Origin: an uncultured Gammaproteobacteria bacterium | Lineage (GTDB): Bacteria; Patescibacteriota; Patescibacteriia; UBA11705; JABHMO01 | NCBI GenBank assembly: GCA_964590105.1 | Contig: CAZPYM010000001.1 | Location: 76,768 to 140,767, forward strand | Direction of reading: 5' to 3' | DNA length: 64,000 bases | Shown here: positions 38,230-46,860 of the stretch, piece after piece | Numbering within the stretch: the stretch's first letter is position 1 | Layout: every line of letters starts with the position of its first letter | Notes under the pieces: model-generated | The model's input: the letters and a program-made list of their open reading frames with translations, nothing else | What the model was told of the DNA's origin: nothing | The model's database searches: none | Program-made: the position numbers and the translations under genes

Positions 38230-40308
38230 ATGGCAAAAAAAATGAAAAAGATCCACAAAGTTAGATTAACGGTCGCGGCCATTCTGGTATTGGCTTGCTT
38301 GTTGATGTTTTTTGACGCGCCGCAGGTATATGATAGGGCAATTGATTATTTAAATGGAAAAATGGGAACAGAATTTTCTCATTTCAAGAGTATTCCTTTC
38401 AGATTAGGATTAGATTTACAGGGAGGAACTCATTTGGTTTATGAAGCTGATACTGAGAAGATAGATTTTGCGGAAAAAAGCGATGCCGTGGAGGGCGTTC
38501 GCGACGTAATTGAGCGCCGAGTAAATGCTTTTGGCGTGGCCGAACCCGTGGTGCAAATAAATAAAGCCAAGGGCAAATGGCGGGTCATCGTGGAATTAGC
38601 TGGAATAAAAGATGTTAAACAGGCAATCGCCATGATCGGCGAAACGCCGCTTTTGGAATTCAAAGAAGAAAACACCGAACCGGCGCGCGAACTGACGCCG
38701 GAAGAACGGCAAGGTATGGAAAGTTTTAATAAAGAAGCGAAAGAAAAAGCAAATATTGCCATGAAGGAGGCATTGTCCGGCAAAGATTTTGCTGAAGTGG
38801 CCAAAGAATATTCAACAAGCTCTGATATTGATGTTCAGACAGAAGGCGACACTTTCACCGTCGGCAGCGCCTATGATCTTGGTTGGATCGACGGCAAAGG
38901 CGGCTATGCGTTTTTGTATGAAAAAGCCGGAGAAACAGAGCCGGGCCAGCTTTATCCAAAGTTAATTGAACAGCCAAACGGCTATTATATATTAAAAGTT
39001 GAGGACAAGCGTGAAACAGGAGAAGAAGTAAGGGCCAGTCATATTTTGATTTGTTACAACGGAGCTGAACGTTGCGACAAAGAAACAACCAAAGAAGAAG
39101 CAGAACAAAAAATTAAAGAAGTAAAAGAAAAGGCGACTGACAAAAACTTCGCTGATTTGGCAAAAGAATATTCCACCGGTCCGACCGGCCCTGACGGTGG
39201 CGACCTTGGCTGGTTCGCGCAGGGACAAATGGTCAAGGAGTTTGATGATACAGTTTTCAATATGGAAAAAGGCGCTATCTCTGATATTGTGGAAACTCAA
39301 TTTGGTTATCATTTAATTTTCAAAACCGATGAAAGGGCTCTGGAGGAATACAAGGTCACCAATGCTTATATTAAAACAAAAACTGAGGCTGATATTTTAC
39401 CGCCGGCTGATCAATGGAAAAATACGGAATTAACCGGTAAGCAATTGAAAGGTTCAAGAGTTGAATTTGATCCAAATACCAATCTGCCTCAGGTTGCCTT
39501 GCAGTTTAATGATGAAGGTAAAAAACTTTTTGCCGAAGTAACCACCCGCAATGTCGGCAAACCAGTGGCGATTTATCTTGACGGCGCGCCAATCAGCGTT
39601 CCTCGAGTAAACGAAGCTATTACCGGCGGAGAGGCGGTGATTACCGGCGATTTTGACGTTCAGGAAGCGAAATTATTGGTGCAAAGATTAAACGCGGGCG
39701 CCCTGCCTGTGCCAATTAAACTTGTCAGTCAGCAAACTGTTGGCGCGAGCCTTGGCAGTGATTCATTGCAAAAAAGTTTATTCGCGGGAATTGTCGGATT
39801 GATTTTGGTAATGCTATTCATGATTATATATTATCGATTGCCAGGTCTCTTGGCGGTAATTGCATTGATTATCTATGGCGTTGCTGTTTTGTTTATATTC
39901 AAAGTAATCCCAGTAACCCTGACCCTAGCCGGTATTGCCGGTTTTATCTTGTCAGTTGGTATGGCAGTGGACGCCAATGTGCTTATTTTCGAAAGATTAA
40001 AGGAAGAACTGCGCATGGGCAAGCCGCTCGGAGCGGCCATTGACGAAGGATTTAAGCGCGCCTGGACTTCTATTCGCGACGGCAATGTTTCCACTCTTAT
40101 TACCTGCTTTATTTTAATGTGGTTCGGCACGAGCATGATCAAAGGTTTCGCCATAACGCTTGGAATCGGCGTTTTGATGAGTATGTTCTCAGCCATTGTT
40201 GTTACTCGCCAATTTTTACATGTTTTTGTTAATCCAGAAAAGCAGAGCAAGCGCTTGTGGCTTTTTGGAGTAAAGAGTAATAAAGGAGATGATGCCAATA
40301 ATAAATAA
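38230..40308 (+). CDS. secD: protein translocase subunit SecD carrying an inserted parvulin-type PPIase region (one intact and one degenerate PpiC domain) in the periplasmic head
   Basis: SecD base (GLDLQGGTHLVYEAD…) and C-terminal TM bundle (…GMAVDANVLIFERLKEE…). In between: VRASHILI…GGDLGWFAQGQMVKEFDDTVFNMEKGAISDIVETQFGYHLIFKTDER (parvulin), preceded by a degenerate copy (…DFAEVAKEYS…DLGWID…GYYILKVEDKRE). Confidence 0.75.
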   Translation: MAKKMKKIHKVRLTVAAILVLACLLMFFDAPQVYDRAIDYLNGKMGTEFSHFKSIPFRLGLDLQGGTHLVYEADTEKIDFAEKSDAVEGVRDVIERRVNAFGVAEPVVQINKAKGKWRVIVELAGIKDVKQAIAMIGETPLLEFKEENTEPARELTPEERQGMESFNKEAKEKANIAMKEALSGKDFAEVAKEYSTSSDIDVQTEGDTFTVGSAYDLGWIDGKGGYAFLYEKAGETEPGQLYPKLIEQPNGYYILKVEDKRETGEEVRASHILICYNGAERCDKETTKEEAEQKIKEVKEKATDKNFADLAKEYSTGPTGPDGGDLGWFAQGQMVKEFDDTVFNMEKGAISDIVETQFGYHLIFKTDERALEEYKVTNAYIKTKTEADILPPADQWKNTELTGKQLKGSRVEFDPNTNLPQVALQFNDEGKKLFAEVTTRNVGKPVAIYLDGAPISVPRVNEAITGGEAVITGDFDVQEAKLLVQRLNAGALPVPIKLVSQQTVGASLGSDSLQKSLFAGIVGLILVMLFMIIYYRLPGLLAVIALIIYGVAVLFIFKVIPVTLTLAGIAGFILSVGMAVDANVLIFERLKEELRMGKPLGAAIDEGFKRAWTSIRDGNVSTLITCFILMWFGTSMIKGFAITLGIGVLMSMFSAIVVTRQFLHVFVNPEKQSKRLWLFGVKSNKGDDANNK

Positions 40309-40311
40309 TAT

Positions 40312-41214
40312 ATGTACAAAATAATTCAACGTAGAAAAATTTGGTTAACAGGTTCCTGTCTGGCTGTCGGGCTTAGCATAATCTTCTTGGCTGTCTGGGG
40401 GCTGAAGCTGGGTATTGATTTTACTGGTGGAAGCTTATTGGAAGTTAAATTTTTGCAGGAGCGGCCTGGTCCGCAGGATGTCCGCGCTATTGTTGATAAT
40501 CTTGAATTGGGAAGTGAAGTGGTTGTCCAGGCAACGGGTGACAAAAATATGATTGTCCGATTTCAGCAAATAGAAGAAGATACTCATCAACGCATATTGG
40601 AAAAATTAAAAGAAAAATATCCGGACAATATACAGGAAGAGCGTTTTGAAGCGATCGGGCCGTCAATTGGCGCAGAATTAAAAACCAAAGCAATATATGC
40701 GATTATCGTGGTGATTATTGCCATTGTTCTCTATATTGCCTGGGCTTTTCGCAAAGTTTCCTGGCCGGTCAAGTCCTGGAAATACGGATTGATTGCCATT
40801 GTTGCGCTGGTGCATGACATTATGATAACGCTCGGCGTTTTTGCTATCCTGGGCAGATTCGCGGGAGTAGAAGTCGGCTTGCCGTTTGTGGCCGCGCTTT
40901 TGACAATCCTTGGTTATTCGGTAAATGACACAATTGTAATCTTTGACCGCATTAGGGAAAATCTCGGCCGGCTGGTTAAAACAAATTTTGAAGAAGTTGT
41001 TAATAGGAGCGTTAATGAAACTCTGACGCGTTCAATCAATACGGCGCTCACGACTCTCCTCGTTCTTGTCGCGGTTTTCTTTTTTGGGGGCGTTTCAATC
41101 AAATATTTTGTTCTGGCTCTGATTATCGGTATATTTTCAGGGACATACAGTTCAATTTTCCTGGCCAGTCCGCTATTGGTGGTGTGGGAGAGGTGGAAGA
41201 AAAAAAGAGAATAG
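40312..41214 (+). CDS. secF: protein translocase subunit SecF
   Basis: SecF TM bundle with a conserved P-loop-like periplasmic domain; directly follows secD. Confidence 0.85.
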   Translation: MYKIIQRRKIWLTGSCLAVGLSIIFLAVWGLKLGIDFTGGSLLEVKFLQERPGPQDVRAIVDNLELGSEVVVQATGDKNMIVRFQQIEEDTHQRILEKLKEKYPDNIQEERFEAIGPSIGAELKTKAIYAIIVVIIAIVLYIAWAFRKVSWPVKSWKYGLIAIVALVHDIMITLGVFAILGRFAGVEVGLPFVAALLTILGYSVNDTIVIFDRIRENLGRLVKTNFEEVVNRSVNETLTRSINTALTTLLVLVAVFFFGGVSIKYFVLALIIGIFSGTYSSIFLASPLLVVWERWKKKRE

Positions 41215-41236
41215 TCAATATTTTAATATAAAAAAT

Positions 41237-41262
41237 GTCCTGTTATCGCGGGACGTTTTTTG
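41237..41262 (+). terminator. intrinsic terminator after secF
   Basis: gtcctg-ttat-cgcgggac followed by gtttttt. Confidence 0.5.
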
Positions 41263-41449
41263 TTGTAAATTCTTAACGTGGGTTTTTAGCTAGAGGTTGA
41301 GTTAGTTGGGTATTTTTAAGTGATTGTTTCGATTTGCGTGTATCAGCAGCACTTTTTGGAATATTGACAAAATTTAGTGATATGCCAAGATATATATAGA
41401 AACGTCTTTTTCATTTTGAAAAAGACCATTGCTGAGGCTGGAGGAGAAG

Positions 41450-41713
41450 ATGAAAACTGTGAAATGTGCGGGATGCAAAGGGACAGGGTATGCTGAAAAA
41501 AGGAGTTACCTCGGCCAATCGTCAGTGGGTATATGCTCCGGTTGTGGTGGTACGGGGAAAGTTCCTGCAGAGTACGACTGCTATGTTTGCCATGGCAAGG
41601 GCGGGTCTTATTATCAGACATACAATAAGGACTCAAAAGGGCGAATCACGAAAGGCAGTACCGTTTGGAAAAAATGCAACAATTGTGGAGGCTCGGGTAA
41701 AAAACACGTCTAG
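41450..41713 (+). CDS. small stand-alone DnaJ-type zinc-finger protein (four CxxCxGxG repeats)
   Basis: CAGCKGTG, CSGCGGTG, CYVCHGKG and CNNCGGSG; strong SD GGAGGAG at 41440..41446; start at MKTVKC. Confidence 0.6.
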   Translation: MKTVKCAGCKGTGYAEKRSYLGQSSVGICSGCGGTGKVPAEYDCYVCHGKGGSYYQTYNKDSKGRITKGSTVWKKCNNCGGSGKKHV

Positions 41714-41823
41714 GCGCAACTTTAGAATCGAATCAGGTTTTGTTTCTATGTTAATGTCGGCAGTGTTTTACATTGCATCTAAGAGAGTGTTTCAACCAGT
41801 AGGCTGAAACAAAGTCTTGAGTC

Positions 41824-41857
41824 GCTGGTATTTTCTCACGAAATGCCAGCTTTTTTT
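41824..41857 (+). terminator. intrinsic terminator in the 3' UTR of the zinc-finger gene
   Basis: gctggtattt/aaatgccagc 10-bp stem (one G·U pair), loop tctcacg, then ttttttt. Confidence 0.6.
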
Positions 41858-42245
41858 ATATCTGGTTATAAACAAAATTTTTAAATCCTTAGAAGTAGAA
41901 CATTCCTGTTTCCCTAAAAATCGGACATTTCTACTTCCCCTTTACACAGCCTGTCAAATTCTTGACATATTTGGTAAAACGAGTTAAGGTAAGACCACAA
42001 ATTGACTGGAAGTAAAGACGTTTGCCTAATTGGGGCAGAAAATTGTATAATAAGTTGGCTAAAATTAGCAACATTGCTCAAAATGCTTGACATTTGTTTA
42101 TTTTAATGATATCATTATCACAAGCTAAACAAGATAGAGGTGATGGAAGGAAACTGGAAATTAGAAACTAGAGACTAGGGTAGCTCAATATTCATTATTA
42201 TATATTTTAACTGATAATTCGCTTGTCGGTTAATCGCTCATAAGT

Positions 42246-43358
42246 ATGGAAAATGTAAACACAAAAATCAATTTTCAGGAGCTGCTTGTCAGCATGCTGT
42301 CAAAACTGTCTGAAAGAGAACAGGAAGTTTTGAAGCAGCGCTATCAGCTGCTCAGTGAATTAAAAAAACGATCAACCCTAAAACAGATTGGCGATATTTA
42401 TAATATCACGCGCGAGCGCGTGCGTCAGATCGAGAAAGAGGCGATTCGCAAAATCGTGGCTTTGGCTGGAACACCGGAATTTTCCGGTGAGCTTGGATCC
42501 ATTGAACAGGAAGTAAATGAATTTCTGGAAAAGCGCGGCGGTATGATTCGTGAAGATCATTTGCTTGACGAATATGTAAAACCAGTTCATCAGCTTGATT
42601 TTTTGCACACCAATGCTTTTGTTTTTGTTCTGGAAAATCTGTTTGATTCAGTGGACAAAGTTGACGGCCATGACAGTTTTCATAGTGTCTGGACGCTGAA
42701 AGCTTTGGACGTTGACCAGGTTGCGCAATTGATTTCAGCGCTGGAAAGTCAATTATCCACAGCTGGCCGAGTTCACAGCCAGGATGAAGTATTAAAATTG
42801 GCTTCAGACAGTTTATCAAGCGAATTGCAAATCTACCTGGATGGCTATATTGCAAAGCATGACGGTCTGACTATTCAACAAGTTTTACAGTCATATCTGC
42901 AGGCAACTTCAAAAATTGATAAAAATATTTTGGATCAGTGGGGTTTGTCCAGCTGGGAAACTATTCAGCCGAAAAAACTTAGCGGTAAAATACTTTTGGT
43001 TTTCGAAAAACATAATGCTCCTCTTCATTTCCGCCAGATTGCTGAAAAAATCAATGATGCTAATTTCGACTATAAAAAAATCTGCGCGGCTACAGTTCAT
43101 AACGAGCTGATTGCCAATGATGAGTTTGTCTTGATCGGACGCGGAATTTACGCCAAAAAAGATTGGGGTTATAGCGCGGGAACTGTGGCTGACATTATCA
43201 CGAAAATTTTGAGTGAGGCCGATGATTCGCTTGATAAAGACGCGATATACGAAAAAGTATTAAAGCAAAGACAAGTGAATAAGTCGACTATCTATTTGAC
43301 TTTGATCAATAAAGATAAATTTGTAAAGTCAGCTGACGGAAAATTTAGCTTAAAATAA
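42246..43358 (+). CDS. DNA-binding protein with an N-terminal sigma-70 region-4-like HTH followed by HARE-HTH-like winged-helix domains
   Basis: TLKQIGDIYNITRERVRQIEKEAIRKI (sigma70 r4 signature) at the N-terminus. Downstream …DQWGLSSWE… and …VLIGRGIYAKKDWGY… resemble HARE-HTH (RpoE-delta N-domain) signatures. Confidence 0.55.
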   Translation: MENVNTKINFQELLVSMLSKLSEREQEVLKQRYQLLSELKKRSTLKQIGDIYNITRERVRQIEKEAIRKIVALAGTPEFSGELGSIEQEVNEFLEKRGGMIREDHLLDEYVKPVHQLDFLHTNAFVFVLENLFDSVDKVDGHDSFHSVWTLKALDVDQVAQLISALESQLSTAGRVHSQDEVLKLASDSLSSELQIYLDGYIAKHDGLTIQQVLQSYLQATSKIDKNILDQWGLSSWETIQPKKLSGKILLVFEKHNAPLHFRQIAEKINDANFDYKKICAATVHNELIANDEFVLIGRGIYAKKDWGYSAGTVADIITKILSEADDSLDKDAIYEKVLKQRQVNKSTIYLTLINKDKFVKSADGKFSLK

Positions 43359-43377
43359 GATTTAAAATAAAAGAAAA

Positions 43378-43404
43378 TCCGGGCTTGCTCCCGGGTTTTC
43401 TTTT
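43378..43404 (+). terminator. intrinsic terminator after the sigma-r4/HARE-HTH gene; followed by a TTTGTGGTATAATAAA promoter element (43418..43433) identical to the one at 12209..12224
   Basis: ccggg-cttgct-cccgg followed by gttttctttt. Confidence 0.5.
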
Positions 43405-43465
43405 GTTTGCTTTATATTTGTGGTATAATAAACTTCGAAGATGATAATTCGTGAAAATTTAATTT

Positions 43466-45082
43466 ATGGATATTTTCGGGTTGCAGCTATCATTTGACTG
43501 GAGCTGGATATACAATCTCGGGACGCAGCCTCTGTATGTAATCATGTGGCATTTTTTTGTTAATGGCGGCTGGATTTTGGTTTTGGTTGTGCTTATTTAT
43601 GGCGGCATGATCAACTATGTTTATTGGATGCAGTGCAAGTTTGCGGCCAAACAAACTTATGTTTTTCTGGCCATAGACATTCCCAAGAATATTTTGCAAA
43701 CACCTCGGGCTGTCGAAAATATTTTCACGGCCATGGCCGGCGCGCAGCAGCCTCTTGATTGGCATGAAAAATATTTATTTGGCGAATTTCAACTTGGCTA
43801 CAGTCTAGAAATCGTCAGCATTGACGGCTTTATTCAATTTATAATTAGAACTCCGAGCCAGTTCCGCAATCTGGTGGAAGCGTCTGTTTATTCGCAATAT
43901 CCTGAAGCGGAAATTACTGAAGTTCATGACTATACTGCGGAAATTAATGTCAGCTTTCCAAGTGATGAATATAATTTATGGGGCGCTGACTTGGTTTTGG
44001 TGAAGCCTGATTATTATCCGATTAAAACCTATAAAGAATTTCAAGAAGAACTGGATAATGAATTCAAAGATCCAATGGCCGCTCTGCTCGAAGTAATGAG
44101 CACAATCGGTCCGGGCGAGCAGATTTGGTTTCAGCTTATGATTGCTCCGGCTGATATAGGTTGGGAAAGTACGGGCGTTAAAGCAGTAAATAAAATAATT
44201 GGTATTGAAGAAAAATACAAGAAAAATGTTCTTGACTATATTAGTGACGTGCCGCTCAAGGCCCTGGAAATTGTTGGCGATTCATTGTTTTCCAGCGAAG
44301 GAAAGGTTGCTGAACAAAAAAAAGATGAAAAGTTCAACATGATGTTTCTCGATCCGATTAAAAAAAGAGAAGTGGAGACTATTTTGCAGAAGGTTGATAA
44401 AAATTGTTTCATGTGCAAGTTGCGCTATGTTTATTTTGGTAAAAGAGAAGTATTTAAAAAAGGACTCGGCGTGTCCGGCGTAATGGGCGCGATCAAACAA
44501 TTTGGCGTCACGGGCTTGAACGCTTTTAAGCCGGGGAAAAACAAGACCCAGGCTAAGCTGTTTTTGAAAAAACCGCGCATGTCGGTCAAGCAGAATTTGA
44601 TGTTGAAAAATTTTAAAAAAAGAAATCCGGATACTTGCAAGGGGAAATACCTGCTCAGCGTGGAAGAATTAGCCACCTTGTTCCACTTCCCATATATTGA
44701 GGTCAAGGCTCCAATGGTCAAGAAGATCGAATCGAAAAAAGGCCATGCTCCGATTGGTCTGCCAGTGGAAGAAAAAGCGGCCGCTGGAGAAGTGGAAGAA
44801 ATTGAAGCGCCAACGCCCCTGGAGTTTGGTGAAAAAGTGCCAGTGGTTGATTTTGATAATGATTATTTTGAAGAGCGTTTTGCTGTTGACAAGTCCGGCC
44901 AGTCAGACAAAATCCGTAAACAGCAATTAGTGAAAAAATTGGAAGAAGCCGGTATTTTGAAAGCAACTAAAACCGATAATAATAATGATGATCAAGATGA
45001 TGCTCCTCCTTTTAACGTTGAAAATAAAATTGATTCCGAGGATGGTGATCAGGCCACACCTTCCAATCTTCCTTTTGCCTAA
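43466..45082 (+). CDS. membrane protein of unknown function (N-terminal TM helices, large soluble domain, acidic tail), encoded immediately upstream of a VirD4-like ATPase
   Basis: Hydrophobic N-terminus (WILVLVVLIYGGMINYVYWM); no recognised catalytic motif. Confidence 0.5.
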   Translation: MDIFGLQLSFDWSWIYNLGTQPLYVIMWHFFVNGGWILVLVVLIYGGMINYVYWMQCKFAAKQTYVFLAIDIPKNILQTPRAVENIFTAMAGAQQPLDWHEKYLFGEFQLGYSLEIVSIDGFIQFIIRTPSQFRNLVEASVYSQYPEAEITEVHDYTAEINVSFPSDEYNLWGADLVLVKPDYYPIKTYKEFQEELDNEFKDPMAALLEVMSTIGPGEQIWFQLMIAPADIGWESTGVKAVNKIIGIEEKYKKNVLDYISDVPLKALEIVGDSLFSSEGKVAEQKKDEKFNMMFLDPIKKREVETILQKVDKNCFMCKLRYVYFGKREVFKKGLGVSGVMGAIKQFGVTGLNAFKPGKNKTQAKLFLKKPRMSVKQNLMLKNFKKRNPDTCKGKYLLSVEELATLFHFPYIEVKAPMVKKIESKKGHAPIGLPVEEKAAAGEVEEIEAPTPLEFGEKVPVVDFDNDYFEERFAVDKSGQSDKIRKQQLVKKLEEAGILKATKTDNNNDDQDDAPPFNVENKIDSEDGDQATPSNLPFA

Positions 45083-45099
45083 GAAACATTAATACGATT

Positions 45100-46857
45100 A
45101 TGACGGAAAAGATAACCCCATTTGCTTTTACAAATTTTCGAAATGCGCGCAAGCGCTTTGGCATCAAAACCGACGATCGACGCCGGCATATGTATATAAT
45201 TGGAAAAACCGGTATGGGTAAATCAGTTTTAATTGAAAACATGGTTTATTCTGATATTGCCAATGGAAATGGCTGTTGTCTGGTGGATCCGCACGGCGAT
45301 TCGGCTGAGCTGATGATCAATTGCATTCCTCCAAATAGAATCAATGATGTGATATATATTAATCCGGCGGATTTGGAATATCCGATTGCTTTTAATGTGC
45401 TGGAAAAAGTGGATAATAAATATCGCCACTTGGTGGCTTCGGGCCTGGTCGGAGTTTTCAAAAAAATCTGGGCGGACAGTTGGGGACCTCGTTTGGAATA
45501 TATTTTGCGCAATACCATATTGGCACTTCTGGACTATCCCGACAGCACGCTCCTTGGTGTCAATCGCATGTTGGTGGACAAGGAATACCGCAAAAAAGTA
45601 ATTGCCAAAGTTCAGGATCCAGTGGTAAAAATGTTTTGGCAGGATGAATTTTCCAAATATAATGAAAAATTTCTAACTGAAGCGATCGCGCCTATTCAAA
45701 ATAAAATTGGCCAATTCTTATCAACTTCTCTAATTAGAAATATTGTCGGTCAGGTGAAGTCAACAATTGATTTGCGCAAGATTATGGATGAAGGCAAGAT
45801 TGTCATTCTGAATCTTTCAAAGGGCCGGATCGGCGAGGATGCTTCCGCCTTACTCGGCGCCATGATTATTACCAAAATTCAGCTAGCCGCTATGAGCCGC
45901 GTGGACATGCCGGAAACGACGAGAAAAGATTTTTATCTTTATGTAGACGAATTCCAAAACTTTGCCACAGAATCATTTGCCAATATTTTATCAGAAGCCA
46001 GAAAATATCATTTGTGCTTAACAATTGGCCATCAATACATCGGCCAGCTCGAGATTGGTGGTAATACGGTTGTTCGTGATGCAATATTCGGCAATGTCGG
46101 CACAATGATTGTTTTTCGGGTTGGCGCAGCTGACGCGGAATTTTTATCCAGGGAATTTGCCCCGCATTTTACAGAAGAAGATTTAGTTAACTTGCCGAAA
46201 TATAATGTATATTTGAAATTAATGATTGATGGCGTTGCTTCAGATCCTTTTAGCGCCACCACCCTGCCGCCAATTTCCCAGAAAACCTCGAGTGAAGAAA
46301 GCGTGATCAAAGTAACCAGAGAAAGATACGCCAAAGAAAGGGATGTGGTGGAAGACAAAATTACTCGTTGGAGCGGTGTGGAAACCGATGCAATGCTGGA
46401 AAAAATGGAAATGGACATTGTGCACAAAAAAGCGCAAAAAATTATTAGCAAAAAATTGGATTTTTTGGCCAGCATGCGAGGTGAAAATCAGCGCGAAGAA
46501 GAGCAAACGCCGGAAGAAAAAGTAATAATAGCAAAAAAAGAAGGAGACGGAAAAGAAGATCTAGCTACAGGGGACAAGGATGAAATTGTTAATATTGTAA
46601 AATGCGACAGTTGTGGAGCCAAAACAAAAATTAATTTTAATCCTGATCCCCGCCGCCCGGTCTATTGCAAGGATTGTCTTAAGGATTTTCGGCGCAAACA
46701 AGCGCTCGAGGAAAATATAAGTCAAAGAAGACAGGATACTCGCGGCGCGGCAGCTCCGGCCGGAGGCGACCGGCCACGAGCCAAGGAAGTTTCTTTGTCT
46801 GATTTGCAAAAAAATAAACCTTCTTCGTTTCGAGCTCCCAAAAGAGAGCGCTCTTAA
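45100..46857 (+). CDS. VirD4/TraG/TrwB-like (type IV coupling protein family) P-loop ATPase lacking the N-terminal TM anchor, with a C-terminal CxxC…CxxC zinc ribbon
   Basis: Walker A IIGKTGMGKS followed by VDPHGD (compare DPKGE in VirD4), Walker B LYVDEFQNF, and a C-terminal CDSCGAKTKINFNPDPRRPVYCKDC. Confidence 0.6.
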   Translation: MTEKITPFAFTNFRNARKRFGIKTDDRRRHMYIIGKTGMGKSVLIENMVYSDIANGNGCCLVDPHGDSAELMINCIPPNRINDVIYINPADLEYPIAFNVLEKVDNKYRHLVASGLVGVFKKIWADSWGPRLEYILRNTILALLDYPDSTLLGVNRMLVDKEYRKKVIAKVQDPVVKMFWQDEFSKYNEKFLTEAIAPIQNKIGQFLSTSLIRNIVGQVKSTIDLRKIMDEGKIVILNLSKGRIGEDASALLGAMIITKIQLAAMSRVDMPETTRKDFYLYVDEFQNFATESFANILSEARKYHLCLTIGHQYIGQLEIGGNTVVRDAIFGNVGTMIVFRVGAADAEFLSREFAPHFTEEDLVNLPKYNVYLKLMIDGVASDPFSATTLPPISQKTSSEESVIKVTRERYAKERDVVEDKITRWSGVETDAMLEKMEMDIVHKKAQKIISKKLDFLASMRGENQREEEQTPEEKVIIAKKEGDGKEDLATGDKDEIVNIVKCDSCGAKTKINFNPDPRRPVYCKDCLKDFRRKQALEENISQRRQDTRGAAAPAGGDRPRAKEVSLSDLQKNKPSSFRAPKRERS

Positions 46858-46860
46858 GCT

